NCBI GenBank assembly: GCA_051362555.1
Contig: CM120643.1
Location: 11,630,644-11,694,643, forward strand
Direction: 5' to 3'
Source: Lingula anatina
Lineage: Eukaryota; Animalia; Brachiopoda
Length of the DNA: 64,000 nucleotides
A program made the translations under genes and the position numbers. The notes under the pieces were generated by a model, which was not told where the DNA came from, made no database searches, and saw only the letters and a program-made list of their open reading frames with translations. Positions 53,001 through 63,894 of the stretch are shown here, in pieces. Positions within the stretch are counted from its first letter, which is position 1, and each line of letters starts with the position of its first letter.

Positions 53001-56000
53001 GTACATTCGTGATCCCTGATGTCATGTCGAGCGAAGCACCTGCACCTTTTATCAAAAATGTTAAAACAATTTTAAATTTCTCTATAACAATATTACAACT
53101 AACCTGGCATCATAGGATCCACACCGAATGGTTTAGTAACCAGGTGATAGTGTTCACATGAGTGCAGAGGTACTCTAACACGGGGCTCACTTCGCTTCCC
53201 AAGTTCCCGTCCCCACTGGAAGTAATGCATTTATATCTATTCAGTGTTTATCTATTCTCTGTAATTCCGATTCCCTGTCATACTTATACTCAGTATTATA
53301 CTTATTTTGTTAGTAGGTGTCAATGATTTGTGTATCAAAGGCCAAAGGCAATACTAGTATATTCATTCAACACATCTGAAAATGTAGTTGCAGTCCACAC
53401 CCAGCCGTGAACATCAATAACATTTTTATAGGCAAGATCAAAATGTTTTGTTGACTAAAGCTTAAAACAATGAAAGAGAATTTTGTATTTCTTTGAACCA
53501 GCAAAAGTCCACTCTGAATTAAAATTTGATCTAGGTTCTAAAAAATTTCTCAAGATGGGTCAATAAAAGGAGAAAAAAAAATTACCTTCAAAAAAAAATC
53601 CAACTTCCAAACTGCTGAATACAGACCTATAATTACTAGTTTCACAAAAAATTACCAGTGGATATGCTGGATATGTGAGTTTGTTCTCATATTTTCATAC
53701 CCACCTGCCCTGCACAGTTGACAAAATATTCACATCGTATTGTTCCCAGGTTGGTGTCCACTCCTCTCACTTCCTTGTGTTTTTCATCTGTAAGTACCTG
53801 GTTAACTTGGCACTTCTCAATTACCTTAACGCCTGTACAGAGGAGATGAAAACATTTCACTAAATGTTTCCAATTGGCAATGAGCTGACATAACTTTGAG
53901 TGACTGACTGATTCTGACTGATATACAATATGGAGCAACTGTTATTCCCATGTGGATACCAATAAACAGATAAATAAATAAATAAACTTTACAAGTATTC
54001 ATAAAATCTGGGCATGATGCAGAAAAATAAAGATTAAAGAGGTTTCTACCTTTCTGCTTGGCCAGTCTGGCAAATGTATTGACAATGTCACTGGGACTGG
54101 CTGCTCCGTCAGTTGGAAAGAACTGGGCATACTAATAAAGGGAAAGTAAAGAAAATTTAAGCATTTAATTTCGAAAGATTTACGAAAATTTTACAAAATC
54201 AGCAAAACTTTACACATTAAAATACAGAGTTGAACAAGGCAGCAAAGCTGTCAAATGTACAGACAAAAAACAGAAAATAAAGATGCAACAAGGCAGCAAA
54301 GCTGTCAAATGTACGGACAAAAAGCAGGAAATAACAAAATAGGCTACTGTCAATTCTGATGCAGAAGTACATTATGTTAAACTGCAAATTCAACATCAAA
54401 TTTTAATTATGCTCAACAGGTAATACCAATGTAAGTAAAATGTAAAACAAGCATAAGGCTTCAGGCCCATGGGAGTTCAAGTTCACACTTTGAAAATGTA
54501 AAACTTCCAGAAAAAGAAGTCAATTAGACTGCTTTTCCAACTCAGGCTGCATTTTAGTCCTGTATTTCTTTTTTGAAAGTTTGGCAATCATAAGTAACAT
54601 GGTTTTCCCATAATGGTCATCATGGCAGCAGCACCCAAAATTGTGTTTTCTTCTATTCTGATGCAATATTACATAATGGTTAACAGCATAATGACAATCA
54701 ATTTTTAATAACAAAATATATGTATCATGGATTTTCAGAAAATGTGACTAGCCTGGGTCTTCAAGCCTGTGGAACTTCAAAGTCACACCTTGAAAATGCC
54801 AATATGTGAAAAATTAAATTTTCACAAAAAAACTGTTTATCTGGCAGATTGCATTGCCTACTGAAGCTGTATTTTAGTCCCATGTTTCTTTCCTGTAAGT
54901 TTGAGAACAGTAAGTGACATGGTTTTTCTTAAAAGGTAATCATGGCAGCAGTGCCCAAAATAGGTTTTTTTCAAATTTTGATGCAATATTACATAATGTT
55001 TTACAGCATAATGACCATCAATTTTTAATAATAAAATATTAGTATCATGGATATTCAGAAAATGTGACTAGCAAAGGTCTTCAGGCCCATGGAACTTCAA
55101 AGTCACAACCTGAAAATGCCAAAATGTAAACAAGACAGCACTGTTCTGAAATGTTTTTTTCACCATTTTTAACAATTTTTAACATAAAACAAAATTAACA
55201 GTTTACTGCCATTTTTATATGATCAACTAAGAAAATTGATGAGATGAGAAAAGTATCAATAGAGCAGTGTTAAATGTCCAATTTCTTCCATTCTAAGATT
55301 CTGAACATAGTGAATGATTGAATCTGACAAACTGCAATGATATGAGTTTATTTCCATTTTTGAAACTTTATTACACAATACACGATAACATGTTTACCAT
55401 CATTTTTACAAAATCAACTAACAATGTTGTAAAGATGCAGGAAATGTCAAACAAACACTTTCACGTATCTTATTAGTTTAATAATGAGACTGTTAACATG
55501 CCTAAAAATTGAATCTGAGGAAATGTGAAAAAACAGCATACCTTCTAAAATAATGGCACGATTATGCTGATTTACAAACTCAACCTGCATTTTAGTAAAA
55601 TTGACCACTCCTGTGACTTTCATGACAATTGGCCCATCTGTTTTTCTTATATTGTGTTTACAGTGTTGCATATATGCTGAAAAGTGTAAAAAACAGCATA
55701 ACTAGTAAAATGGTGGCCCGATCATGCCGATTTTCGAACTTGACCTGCATTTTAGTAAGATTGATTACTCCTGTGAGTTTCATGACAACAGGTCTATTGG
55801 TTTTCCTTGAAATGTGTAAACAGTGTTGCATATATGCTGAAAAGTGAAAAAACAGCATAACTACTAAAATAGTGGCCCGATCATGCCGATTTTCGAACTT
55901 GATCTGCGTTTTAGTAAGACTGATTACTCCTGTGAGTTTCATGACAACAGGCCTATCGGTTTTCCTTGAAATGTGTTAACAGTGTTGCATATATGCTAAA

Positions 56001-59000
56001 AAGTGAAAAAACAGCATAAATTCTACAATAATGGCCCGATCATGCTGATTTTCGAACTTAACCTGCGTTTTATGAATATTAGTCAGCTCTGTAAATATAA
56101 AGCCAAAAAGTAAAACTGTCTTCCACTTATGGTGTTAACGCTGAAAGTGCACGGCGACGGCGACAGCGACGGCGACATGATCGGCGACGGCGACGGCGAC
56201 GACAGACGCAGGTGATGGCAATATGTACAGACACATCTGTGTCTGTACATAAAAAAGACCTAACACTAAAAATCTTCAAATTAAATCCTGAGATATAATA
56301 AGCATCCTTGTTTCTTCGTAACTTATTCAGTACTGAGTATCAATAGATCAGGCTATCCAATACAAGGTGTGCATGCAGATTTAACTTCAATAAGACTCTA
56401 GCATTTGTCTGAATACTTGTGTACAGGACTACTTCATTTTCTTCTCTGGCCAATTTTCCTTTTTATAACAGAATTTTAACATACTGTATAAAATCATGCC
56501 AGTTAGATTTCCAGTCAAAATTTAAACCTATTGATCCATCAGCTCACCAAGGTGTAAGGGCCTATTCCCAATTTCACCATAATTCTACATAGATCAATCC
56601 AACTCCGCGGGTAATATCTCTGAATGCAATGAGTGTACTAGTAACAGATTATTAAATCTCTTCCAGACACAGAATGCAGAAAAGCTGGTGATTATATGAG
56701 TACGTTGGAAATGAGAGGAGGTATGTTAGTCTGTTAACTTGATTACATTCAGTGAGATTCTCTTCAGAGTTGGATCAATCTTTGTACAATTATATTTCTA
56801 TTGGGAATGAGCCTAAGAAATATGCAGGGTCAAAACAGAAATAGTGGCCCAAAAACAAGTTAACAAAAATTCACTGGCTCTGCTTCATCTTTCTGGTATC
56901 CATGACAAAGACTGCAGACTGAAACATCTTATATCTACCTCAATATCATCTGTCCTCAACAAAGGGGCAAGGTCAAGGGCCTCCTTTGGGGTTATTTCAT
57001 GGCACTCAAGTCCAATTGTTCTACAAAATACAGAACGCAATTCAAATACATGCATATATCAATCAATCCACTTATGAAATGAATCACATGTGCACATAAA
57101 TATCAGATATTAATCACTCAAGAAGGGTAGATCCAGAGATATTTTCCGAGTCTTCCAAATTATCTTTGTTGATCCATACCCCATTTCTGACCATCTTCTG
57201 ACAGAAAAAATTAGATGCATGTCAATGTAAACCTTCAAATTTGGAAGACCCAGAGGACATCCTCCATCCATCCCTGCAAGACACTTAATAATTTCGAAAT
57301 GAAAGCCCAGAGAGCTCATAAAAGTGGTTGCAACTTACTCAACTGTGCTGCAGACTACTATGTACACAAATTTAAATATATGCGGCATCTGGCACCCATG
57401 TGTAGTGTACTGTTGTTGTGGTGAAATGTTCACCAGGCACAATTGTATTAGTGAAGATCATGAGAGAATGTTGGAGAGGGGGAAAAAATTAAAAATAGCT
57501 TTTTGGCGACTTGTTGTTGTATATCAATCTAGGGCAATACGGACATACATGATACTATAACACCACATCTAGAACAGTATGTATTAATTATCTTACTTGG
57601 CAACAGCAGCGTTCCTCTTCATGGCCACCATTCTGTCGTGTGTTCTAGCTATGCTGATGCTGCCACAGGGTTTGAAGCCTATGAAAACATTGTCAACTTG
57701 GTCAAAAACGACAGGGAGTTCAGGACATCAACATTTGAACATTTACTGCTGTTTAGATATTTTTTTTTTTGTCAGCTGTTTTTTTTATTAAACACCAAAA
57801 CAACAGGAAACAATGTAGAGTATTGAACTTCATGCTCATCTAAAACAGAAATGTTTACATGTCAAATTTTTTAGGCCGAGTTATATACCAAGATAAATCT
57901 TACTGCCATAATGCTGTAATGTATTGTATATTTCATATTAATCATTTACTGTAATAAGCACAGAAATTGTGACTTAATTTTGATAAAATAAGTGTTGGGT
58001 TAATTATAAGTGCTAGTAAACATCATCTGGGATGTAAGTATTAACGAGAAAAACAGTTCAAAAAATTATCTCAGCAAACCTGAAAACTCAGTTTCCTGAA
58101 CAAATTGCAAGACATTTTTGGGACTAAGATACATCACTTGTTCTGTGAACTTCTTGAAGCCAATGTCCAATATTTTTCTTTCAAATTTAGTTGCTTGATG
58201 GCATTGCTATCCTCAAAAACTCACTTTTTTTTTGCTATCTGCAACAACATAGTGGTACAGAGGCAGCAGCTGTGCTAATGATTTAGCTAAAACTGACCTT
58301 GTTTTCATAGCTATCATCAGGAGTCACCGTCCACTGAACCATTTGTAAATGTTGCTGCCTGTGTCCAGTCATGATGATGCACATAACACGTTATTAATGA
58401 GAATACAGGGAAAGTATACATCTATGTATGGCTACACAGAAAAGCTATGGCCATCTAAGACAAAACGTTCATAGTATTGAGCAAGCAATGGATCTTAGGC
58501 TTCCTGAAAAATCTCACAGAACAAGAGCTTGTAGTGCTCATATTTCAGCTTCATGCAGATGCTGCATCAGTCATTTCTTTCAGATACGATCAAATTGAGC
58601 ATGCTTTTAGTGACATATCAAAGCCAAATTCAAACCTACTATCTCAGAACTCAATTAGTTAAAAAATGGCTTCAGCTCAAAAGAGAGAGATGGCAAATGT
58701 TTTTTATAATAGCTTTACCGTAATGTCATTTCAATTTCTACCTTTTTGCTTACTAGTAACTTTTTCTTTAATATTTCTAGTATTTATATTTATTTTTCAT
58801 CATATTGTGTGGTCCTAGCAGCTCCCCTCCTACCTGTAGCCTCTCCCTGGTCCTCTAACCTTTTATACAGGTCTCGGCTGTACATGTAAAGTTTGTTCAG
58901 AGCTGTGTTCCCCTTCATCTGGCCAATCAAGCCAGCAGAATGCCATGTCGTACCACAGGAGAGCCTGTTAGAAAACTGTGTTGTTAAAGCAATAGTACAG

Positions 59001-60209
59001 CGAGGGATTTGGGTAGTCTGGGATTGGTATATTATCTTTGGTAATGTGGTTATATATATGAAAGGCATGCTGTATGTGTGTACCATGGTGCAGCAGAAGG
59101 GGATTTTTGAAGATCTTCCAAACTGTACTATTATTTAGCCAGTTAAGTTATTTGGAACACTGGATTCCTGTTTGCTGTACCTTCTGTGGAACTGGTGAGA
59201 AAAGAACCGAATTAGTAAAGAACTGTGAAAGGATATGTTAGAAATGAAGTAACCTTGGTTAAATTTTCAAGAAAAAAAGATATCCAAAAGTCTCAAATGC
59301 AACAACCTTTACCTCCAGAATTGTCATTTTTTCTTTTTGTGAAGCAATATGCAAGCAAACAGACAAGCAAACGTGCAAAAAGTTCATAGTACAGTATGTG
59401 AAGGGACCATGGAGCAAAGAAATGCATGGCAAAATGACATACATCTGGACTTGCTTTCTAGTGACAGACTCATCAGTCTTCATTCAAGATGTCAGTGGTA
59501 GTAGTAAACAGAGTACAGCAAAAGTTTTAAAAACAAGCAAATACAAGTCAGGCAAGCAAGGTTATTAGTATCTTCCCCCCCTCCCCCCCCCCCCCCCCAA
59601 AAAAAAAAAAAAATTGAAAGTACCTAGCGAATGGCCAGCATTCTGAAGTTTTTTATACAGCTCACAACTGTAACTGTTTGACCTGTTGACCACAGGGTGA
59701 CCAACAGACTGGATAAGAACACCTGAGGAGTGCCAAGTAGTGCCGCAAGACAGGCTATGGTAAGAAAACAGGAAGAGAACATGGAGGAATAGTGCATCTT
59801 AGCAGATATCATATATATATGATGGCTCTCGAAAATGTTCATATTGAGGTTCAATTACTTCAACAGTTATAAAAGTATTACAATAACAGGCTTTGAATAT
59901 ACATGATATGAGATCCTTACCACCCTGTAGACATAAAAAAGTAAAGAATTAGCTACACATCTGTGGCATGTGTATGATGTAAAGGAGTACAAATTGGCAA
60001 ACACCCCTGGTGTTATGTGCGATGTGCTCTTACTGACACTATTCAAGGTTACCTATAGCTATGGACATGTTCAGTAAAGCATCTTTCCAAGGGGAAAAAC
60101 CAAAACTAACTTTTTCTTAAACCAATCATGACTCTGCAGTCTCTTAAAATGCTTTTTTTGAATTCTTATGCCAAAGTTATTATTATTATTATTATGTTCA
60201 GAGAATATT

Positions 60210-60258
<49 letters not shown>

Positions 60259-60610
60259 AAAAGTCCACGCTATAAACCAAAGACAAATCAACAACTTACG
60301 ACCCCTGCTCCAATAACACGACATCTGACCATCCTAACTCTGCCAGGTGGTAGGCGACCGAGGTTCCTATCACCCCGCCCCCGCATATGACCACCCTTGC
60401 TTGGTCTGGCAAACCGACGGACGACTCTGCAGATGTAGAGGCTTGTCTAACACGCCCGTCATGATTCCAGGCAGATGAAACTCCTGTTCGTGTGAAGAGA
60501 AACCTATGTTTATGTTCTTGTCTAAGTGAAAGTGAACCGCTTTTTAATTTTTGACAAGTTTTCTTCACGTTCCCCGATCCCAGCCGAATTTTTGAGCGAA
60601 GCGGCAACAT
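35128..60610 (-). CDS. PDPR: Pyruvate dehydrogenase phosphatase regulatory subunit-like flavoprotein (GcvT/DMGDH/SARDH family), 17 coding exons, ~909 aa
   Basis: All 17 GT-AG exons join in frame (2730 nt). It has an Arg/Ser-rich N-terminal presequence, the VVICGGGVIG FAD motif, NGPESFSPDG, ERPLYF, GGYEND and a PDPR-type DPWPWGGEPIYRNG...TTSAAYGFSL C-terminus. Confidence 0.93.
35864..36043 (-). CDS. PDPR: PDPR exon 16 (SLRIEKYLAYWGIDLD...PLECG)
   Basis: AG/GT bounded, phase 0/0. Confidence 0.92.
36095..36339. mobile_element. MITE family A copy
   Basis: taa-gggctcattccc...gaatgagcac-taa (TAA target-site duplication). Confidence 0.8.
36757..36846 (-). CDS. PDPR: PDPR exon 15 (THTGDDGWMLYIPSE)
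   Basis: AG/GT bounded, phase 0/0. Confidence 0.92.
37213..37420 (-). CDS. PDPR: PDPR exon 14 (...DVSSMYTTLNVIGPKA)
   Basis: AG/GT bounded, phase 2/0. Confidence 0.92.
37464..37612. repeat. 44-bp minisatellite, about 3.5 copies
   Basis: caggctaaac at 37464, 37507, 37551 and 37595. Confidence 0.85.
37839..37987 (-). CDS. PDPR: PDPR exon 13 (...NHKGGYENDCS)
   Basis: AG/GT bounded, phase 0/2. Confidence 0.92.
38361..38500 (-). CDS. PDPR: PDPR exon 12 (TFYRPSWFDAVASEYWACKEGVGLFDMS)
   Basis: AG/GT bounded, phase 1/0. Confidence 0.92.
40584..42713 (-). CDS. cGAS-like receptor (cGLR; Mab-21/cGAS nucleotidyltransferase plus C-terminal TPR-like helices), nested in PDPR intron 11
   Basis: 709-aa uninterrupted ORF. 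It has GS(58-59), SDSDIM (D78/D80) and MDYV (D174), plus Mab-21 motifs GCHVVPVG, WRIS..AERTL, SYHMKTVMFW and YFVPENNLL. The C-terminal part looks helical and TPR-like. Confidence 0.9.
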   Translation of the reverse strand: MAASGQSIKENEEVNQGLDRFGWSKKQFELSYLDIDLREILDNSYTNDPDKYRVFSLGSSGESSSYGLNADAIPVPSDSDIMVCELEKLVICEKDDLPRANRALEVYEWDGQGMHDGYGMLRKLNSKNGYTSSGVAADAFYREYKMHMSFFGPERQGPAVSLNVSGNRKDTSMDYVLAYPFASWPHCVRKWFRRTRRFGWPKTVDIATILKDGCHVVPVGHKNSIVPRQRYQWRISTVVAERTLIRSFNDTQHRTYFILKYIKSLIAAEIGERFENQNVLCSYHMKTVMFWMVHETPPELWQRGSLVRCVKECLARLQYFVDEGYLPVYFVPENNLLDTATDVQLKLLSYAIKSYRVNISLVLMMISSLKERKDGTGNLQFRLCGIQCLPYLKPDDIQTEDPLTMAVSFKRIKKICLSTKNKTVGRLVFRLIQMFCFQSLGCMYQELAISQGNDSYFRQAETFLLSAVNLDKVGSRLKVANLYYSRGKSAKAVGKLEEAAMYFEKAKKYIQFALDHENMKFHITACICDKTATLDSYPQELTHLLENESGITDHADLLCWAMKTNSFGWDLYFPVKFSHLSCLPEAVQYVLYAGNPGGSPALDCLTGRLTLLPLYSPIFGLFLGVICAHESGEEAEVAAYLQKLEDLCERIYHKDCYKGIGYSLLGQCHMMIDNQSEACSCFVRSYQAWPSLENSALWLLGMMCIKDIS
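43298..43456. mobile_element. Short MITE family C; second diverged copy at ~57124-57276
   Basis: aggggcggat...atccgcccct termini; shared gtcttccaaat.atctttgttgatccat core. Confidence 0.7.
44921..45170. mobile_element. Foldback MITE
   Basis: Almost entirely palindromic: gttcacatgaaaaatct / agatttttcatgtgaac and tgccctgaatac / gtattcagggca. Confidence 0.75.
46021..46179. repeat. DIRS internal complementary region (ICR)
   Basis: 46021-46099 is the reverse complement of 45613-45691; 46097-46179 is the reverse complement of 50372-50454. Confidence 0.88.
49775..49983. repeat. ~39-bp tandem repeat (about 5 copies) in the DIRS gag-like region
   Basis: ctactagtaaacacagacgtgtcgtcagagatttactcttca-like units. 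Confidence 0.85.
51054..51209 (-). CDS. PDPR: PDPR exon 11 (...RKLRTSPLY...GFERPLYF)
   Basis: AG/GT bounded, phase 1/1. Confidence 0.92.
51372..51564 (-). CDS. PDPR: PDPR exon 10 (YFVAAGMSSLGIVSAGGIG...)
   Basis: AG/GT bounded, phase 0/1. Confidence 0.92.
52029..52153 (-). CDS. PDPR: PDPR exon 9 (...NGPESFSPDG...)
   Basis: AG/GT bounded, phase 1/0. Confidence 0.92.
52128..52320. repeat. 73-bp tandem repeat overlapping the PDPR exon 9 acceptor
   Basis: gtgaagaatctggt at 52128, 52201 and 52274. Confidence 0.9.
52687..52839 (-). CDS. PDPR: PDPR exon 8 (IRDPDGAVYFREWSGG...EDWDHF)
   Basis: AG/GT bounded, phase 1/1. Confidence 0.92.
53104..53215 (-). CDS. PDPR: PDPR exon 7 (WGRELG...PLHSCEHYHL)
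   Basis: AG/GT bounded, phase 0/1. Confidence 0.92.
53705..53832 (-). CDS. PDPR: PDPR exon 6 (VKVIEKCQV...VNCAGQ)
   Basis: AG/GT bounded, phase 1/0. Confidence 0.92.
54050..54131 (-). CDS. PDPR: PDPR exon 5 (YAQFFPTDGAASP...)
   Basis: AG/GT bounded, phase 0/1. Confidence 0.9.
54455..55125. repeat. ~300-320-bp diverged tandem repeat, just over 2 copies
   Basis: ttcaggcccatgg(a)acttcaaagtcaca..tgaaaatg at ~54459, ~54760 and ~55080. Confidence 0.8.
55520..56070. repeat. ~160-bp tandem repeat, about 3.5 copies
   Basis: cagtgttgcatatatgct at 55661, 55821 and 55980. Confidence 0.9.
56558..56813. mobile_element. MITE family A copy
   Basis: taa-gggcctattccc...gggaatgagcc-taa. Confidence 0.8.
56939..57020 (-). 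CDS. PDPR: PDPR exon 4 (TIGLECHEITPKEA...)
   Basis: AG/GT bounded, phase 2/0. Confidence 0.9.
57597..57678 (-). CDS. PDPR: PDPR exon 3 (FKPCGSISIARTHDRM...)
   Basis: AG/GT bounded, phase 1/2. Confidence 0.9.
58834..58964 (-). CDS. PDPR: PDPR exon 2 (LSCGTTWHSAGLIGQ...)
   Basis: AG/GT bounded, phase 2/1. Confidence 0.92.
60214..60253. repeat. (GA)n microsatellite in PDPR intron 1
   Basis: Read directly from the sequence. Confidence 0.95.
60300..60610 (-). CDS. PDPR: PDPR exon 1
   Basis: ATG at 60610; GxGxxG motif; gtaagt donor. Confidence 0.92.
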
Positions 60611-61635
60611 TGCCGGTTAGTTTATGACCAACCTCTCCCTGATACGTTACCCAGGCACCTGGGCAAAGATCGTGCGATAAGGACCTTGTTATGCCATGCC
60701 AGGGTGACGATTGAATGTTTACAAATTACATTCGAGGTTGAATCTGCTCAGTGGGTCATTGAGTAGGCCGTTCTGCTTGTGAACCACTATGATCTCTGAA
60801 ACACTCACCAGATGGAGACTAGATAAAAGACAAGACGCATTACGAAGTCACTTGATACGGCGAGGTGTCAGAAACGCAATATTAATTATTTTATAATAAT
60901 TATTATTATTTCTTGTATTTGCGCATTCCATTGTCATACATTTCCATGCATTTAACAACACTTAAATGTAAACTTACTTTAGAAGTTATAAAACGTTAAT
61001 AACATATAATTTGAAAAAGAGGAGTTTTTATCTTAATTATAAGATTTAAAAAGGCAGTTTGTTCGACAGTTTGGGGCAAAGACGAAAAAGTTAAATTTGT
61101 CTCTTTTTCACAGTGGCTGAGTGTAAAATTGTTATAAAATATAGATTCTAGGTGTCCATGTGCATGTAGTTCAAACTGATATTAATAAGATCATTAGGAA
61201 GCCTAATTCCTGTACTTTTTAAAAGGCGTTAAAAACAGCTACTACACATGAATTTAAATTTAATTATTTCCCGGAATGGTAGACAATTATGAATGTACTA
61301 GTAGATGTCGGTCTCTTGTGACTGGATTAATATGTTCTGGGCTCTATTTTTCCTCAACAGTTGAAAAACGTTATTTCAAGTATTTTATAGAATTTGTGAA
61401 TATCGCACAGTGTTGAAATGGTTTATAAATCTCCATGAGATTGAATAGCACGGTACATCAATTAATGAGCATAAGCAGACCATCATCGGCGTTTTCGAAA
61501 TATCTCCGGTAGTGCAACTGTACAAAGATCAAAATTTAAAGCGCGGTTATTCGACTTCTTCAAATACTAGTAGGCTAGATATGCGCTATATTGTTACTAT
61601 TAATTTTGATTAATCAAAAAGTAGCCTAATTTAGC

Positions 61636-62419
61636 GGGGTCCGCCATATAGATAAACGTCCCAATAAAATATTCGCCCCGATAGATACGTCTCTATACAT
61701 ACACGTCTCAATAGATTTACGTCTCGTTAAATTTACGTTCCGATAGATCCACCAACAGATTCCTATAAACCCACGTATCTTTAGATCCAGGTACCGCTAG
61801 ATCCATCTATCTGACATCGTAATCGGTTAAAAGGCCCATATCAACTTGCGTTGTGAAATTTAGAACACATTTTTATTTTCTTTTTTGTTTTGTTTTGTTT
61901 AGAACACATTTACATGTAAATTCAGAACACTTTTTACGTGTTCGAATGTTGCATTTTGAGAACGCTTTAAACAGTGTTCTGACGCTAGAACAGTAATTAA
62001 GCGTTGTGAAATATAGAACACACTTTTGTTCTTTTTATGTTCTTTCACTGAGTATTGTGTGAAAACGATCTAGTAGAATAATATATATTGCTGACTGCGT
62101 ACTGCCGTTTTAAAGAAGTGCATTTTATGTACTGAGTAGCATACCAACCATTTCGAGCAATAGTGTACCTGTAATGGATCTATCGGTATTTGGATCTAAA
62201 AATACGTGAATCTATAGGTGTGCGGATTTGAAGGACGTGGGTTTATGAGGACGTCATATCTATAGGAACGCAAATATATAGGACAGCAGAAAAAAAATCG
62301 GATCTATCGGTATTTAAATCTAAAAAGACGTTTTTTCCGTTTTTCCTTTATGTATCTATCGGTAACGGGAGTATAGGGACGTGTAATATTTTGGGACTAA
62401 ATTTTATCCGTACGTACCC
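61636..62419. mobile_element. Degenerate non-autonomous DNA transposon with long, repeat-rich TIRs
   Basis: Flanked by direct repeat aatttagc (61628-61635, 62420-62427); subterminal cgatagat / atctatcg units in inverted orientation. Confidence 0.6.
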
Positions 62420-62598
62420 AATTTAGCAACTGCTGCCAGCAACTTGATTTAAATCAGGGTCTAATCAAACAGCTAGGTCATTTAATGTACCTTAAGTTTC
62501 AAGGCACTGTTAAGCTAGATTGCTCACTATAGGCCTATATATACCTTTTCATGTGTTGGCTTTATTACAGTGTATTGCTGATGTGGGTTATAAATATA

Positions 62599-63634
62599 GG
62601 GTAGACCGGGGCTAAACGCCCCCCTTAAGCAAGAAACATCACAATTTTACCTGCTGAAGGTATAGACCGTTCAAAGTGGGTGTTAACTATGAAGGGCTGA
62701 CTAGACTACAAACTGATACTAACACTTTTGGAAACAAACAAAAGAAAAACCTTATAGGTAAAAAATAGGTAAATTATAAAATCGGCCTTTTTGCCCCATG
62801 GCTGGGGCATTACGCCTCGCACCACGGGGCTAAACGCCCACCGTGGGCGTCTTGCCCCAAACTATAGGCGTTATGCCCCGCCTTTGTACAAAGCAAAATA
62901 AAGTCAAATTATATTTCTACGAGACAACTTAGTAAGCCTTTAAAAGCAACAAATTATATTTTGGGGTACTGAGATAATAAAAATACCCATCAAATTTATT
63001 CAGAATGAGCTGTAATTCTACTCTTTACGACAGGGCACTGTGATACTTCCAAAATTAAGTTCCTAGTACAGCCACTTGCTTTGGCTTTTCCCCATATAAG
63101 TGTTATAACTGATGATATACAATAAAAAAACATGCATGAAAGAACACTTCCGCATCTTTTTAGAATTATTTTTTATTTAAAAACGAAAGGGGGCAAAACG
63201 CCCAGTGATCGGGGCAAAACGCCCACCATAGGCATTTTGCCCCATATCAGCATGGGCGTTTTGCCCCAAAGTGAGATTTTGTATATTTTTTCAAAATTCG
63301 TCGGGAAAAGTTTTATACAATCTGACTTCATCGAAACTTGTATGGAGGTCTGATACCATCCTATCTGTCACCAACAAAGTTTTTGGAATTCGTGCATTTG
63401 GTAGGTGGTGTCACTGATGTTAAGGAAAAGGCTAAATAACAGTAAACAAGGCAAAAATGAACAAATTATCATAAAATGCTTATTTTTTAGTTTGTGATCA
63501 TCTCCGTCATGGAGGATAAGTCTGCTGGAAATCGGAAGTGGACAAAACATCACGAGACGCGTATTTATACGTAATACCTGAAAAAAAGCGGGTGGGCGTT
63601 TGACCCCGACTGGGCGTTTAGCCCCGGTCTACCC
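62599..63634. mobile_element. Non-autonomous DNA transposon (~1.04 kb) with perfect 23-bp TIRs
   Basis: gggtagaccggggctaaacgccc / gggcgtttagccccggtctaccc, TATA on both sides; internal ggggc(t/a)aaacgccc repeats. Confidence 0.85.
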
Positions 63635-63894
63635 TATATAAAATCAAGCTGGCAATACCGAAATCTAGAACCTAGGGTAATTTAATGTGACATCTCACTG
63701 AAACTGACAGCCTATCTGTTTGGAAAAAATGATTACTGCCATGGACTTAATTGCAATCAGCCCACTCATGTGATTGAAATTGACAGCCGGACTTGGGTTT
63801 TCGTTTCTAACACGAGGTGAAATATCTACTACAACTTTTGATGAAGACTAGCCTCGGCTTCGATGCTGCATCTGTTGCGCGCTGGGAACTTCAA

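Larger units (their letters stand above)
54233..56252 (-). mobile_element. Second Helentron/HINE-like non-autonomous element
   Basis: Hairpin atgtacagacac-atct-gtgtctgtacat (56223-56250), (cggcga)n microsatellite, internal tandem arrays, atgtacagac subterminal copy at ~54256, small hairpin and aacaag terminus. Confidence 0.7.

Noticed and set aside
55447-55942. Repetitive ORFs (MKLTGVISLTK...)
   Set aside because: They are translations of the ~160-bp tandem repeat.
35128-60610. Calling the gene SARDH or DMGDH
   Set aside because: The C-terminal motifs match PDPR better as I recall them; a phylogeny is needed for certainty.
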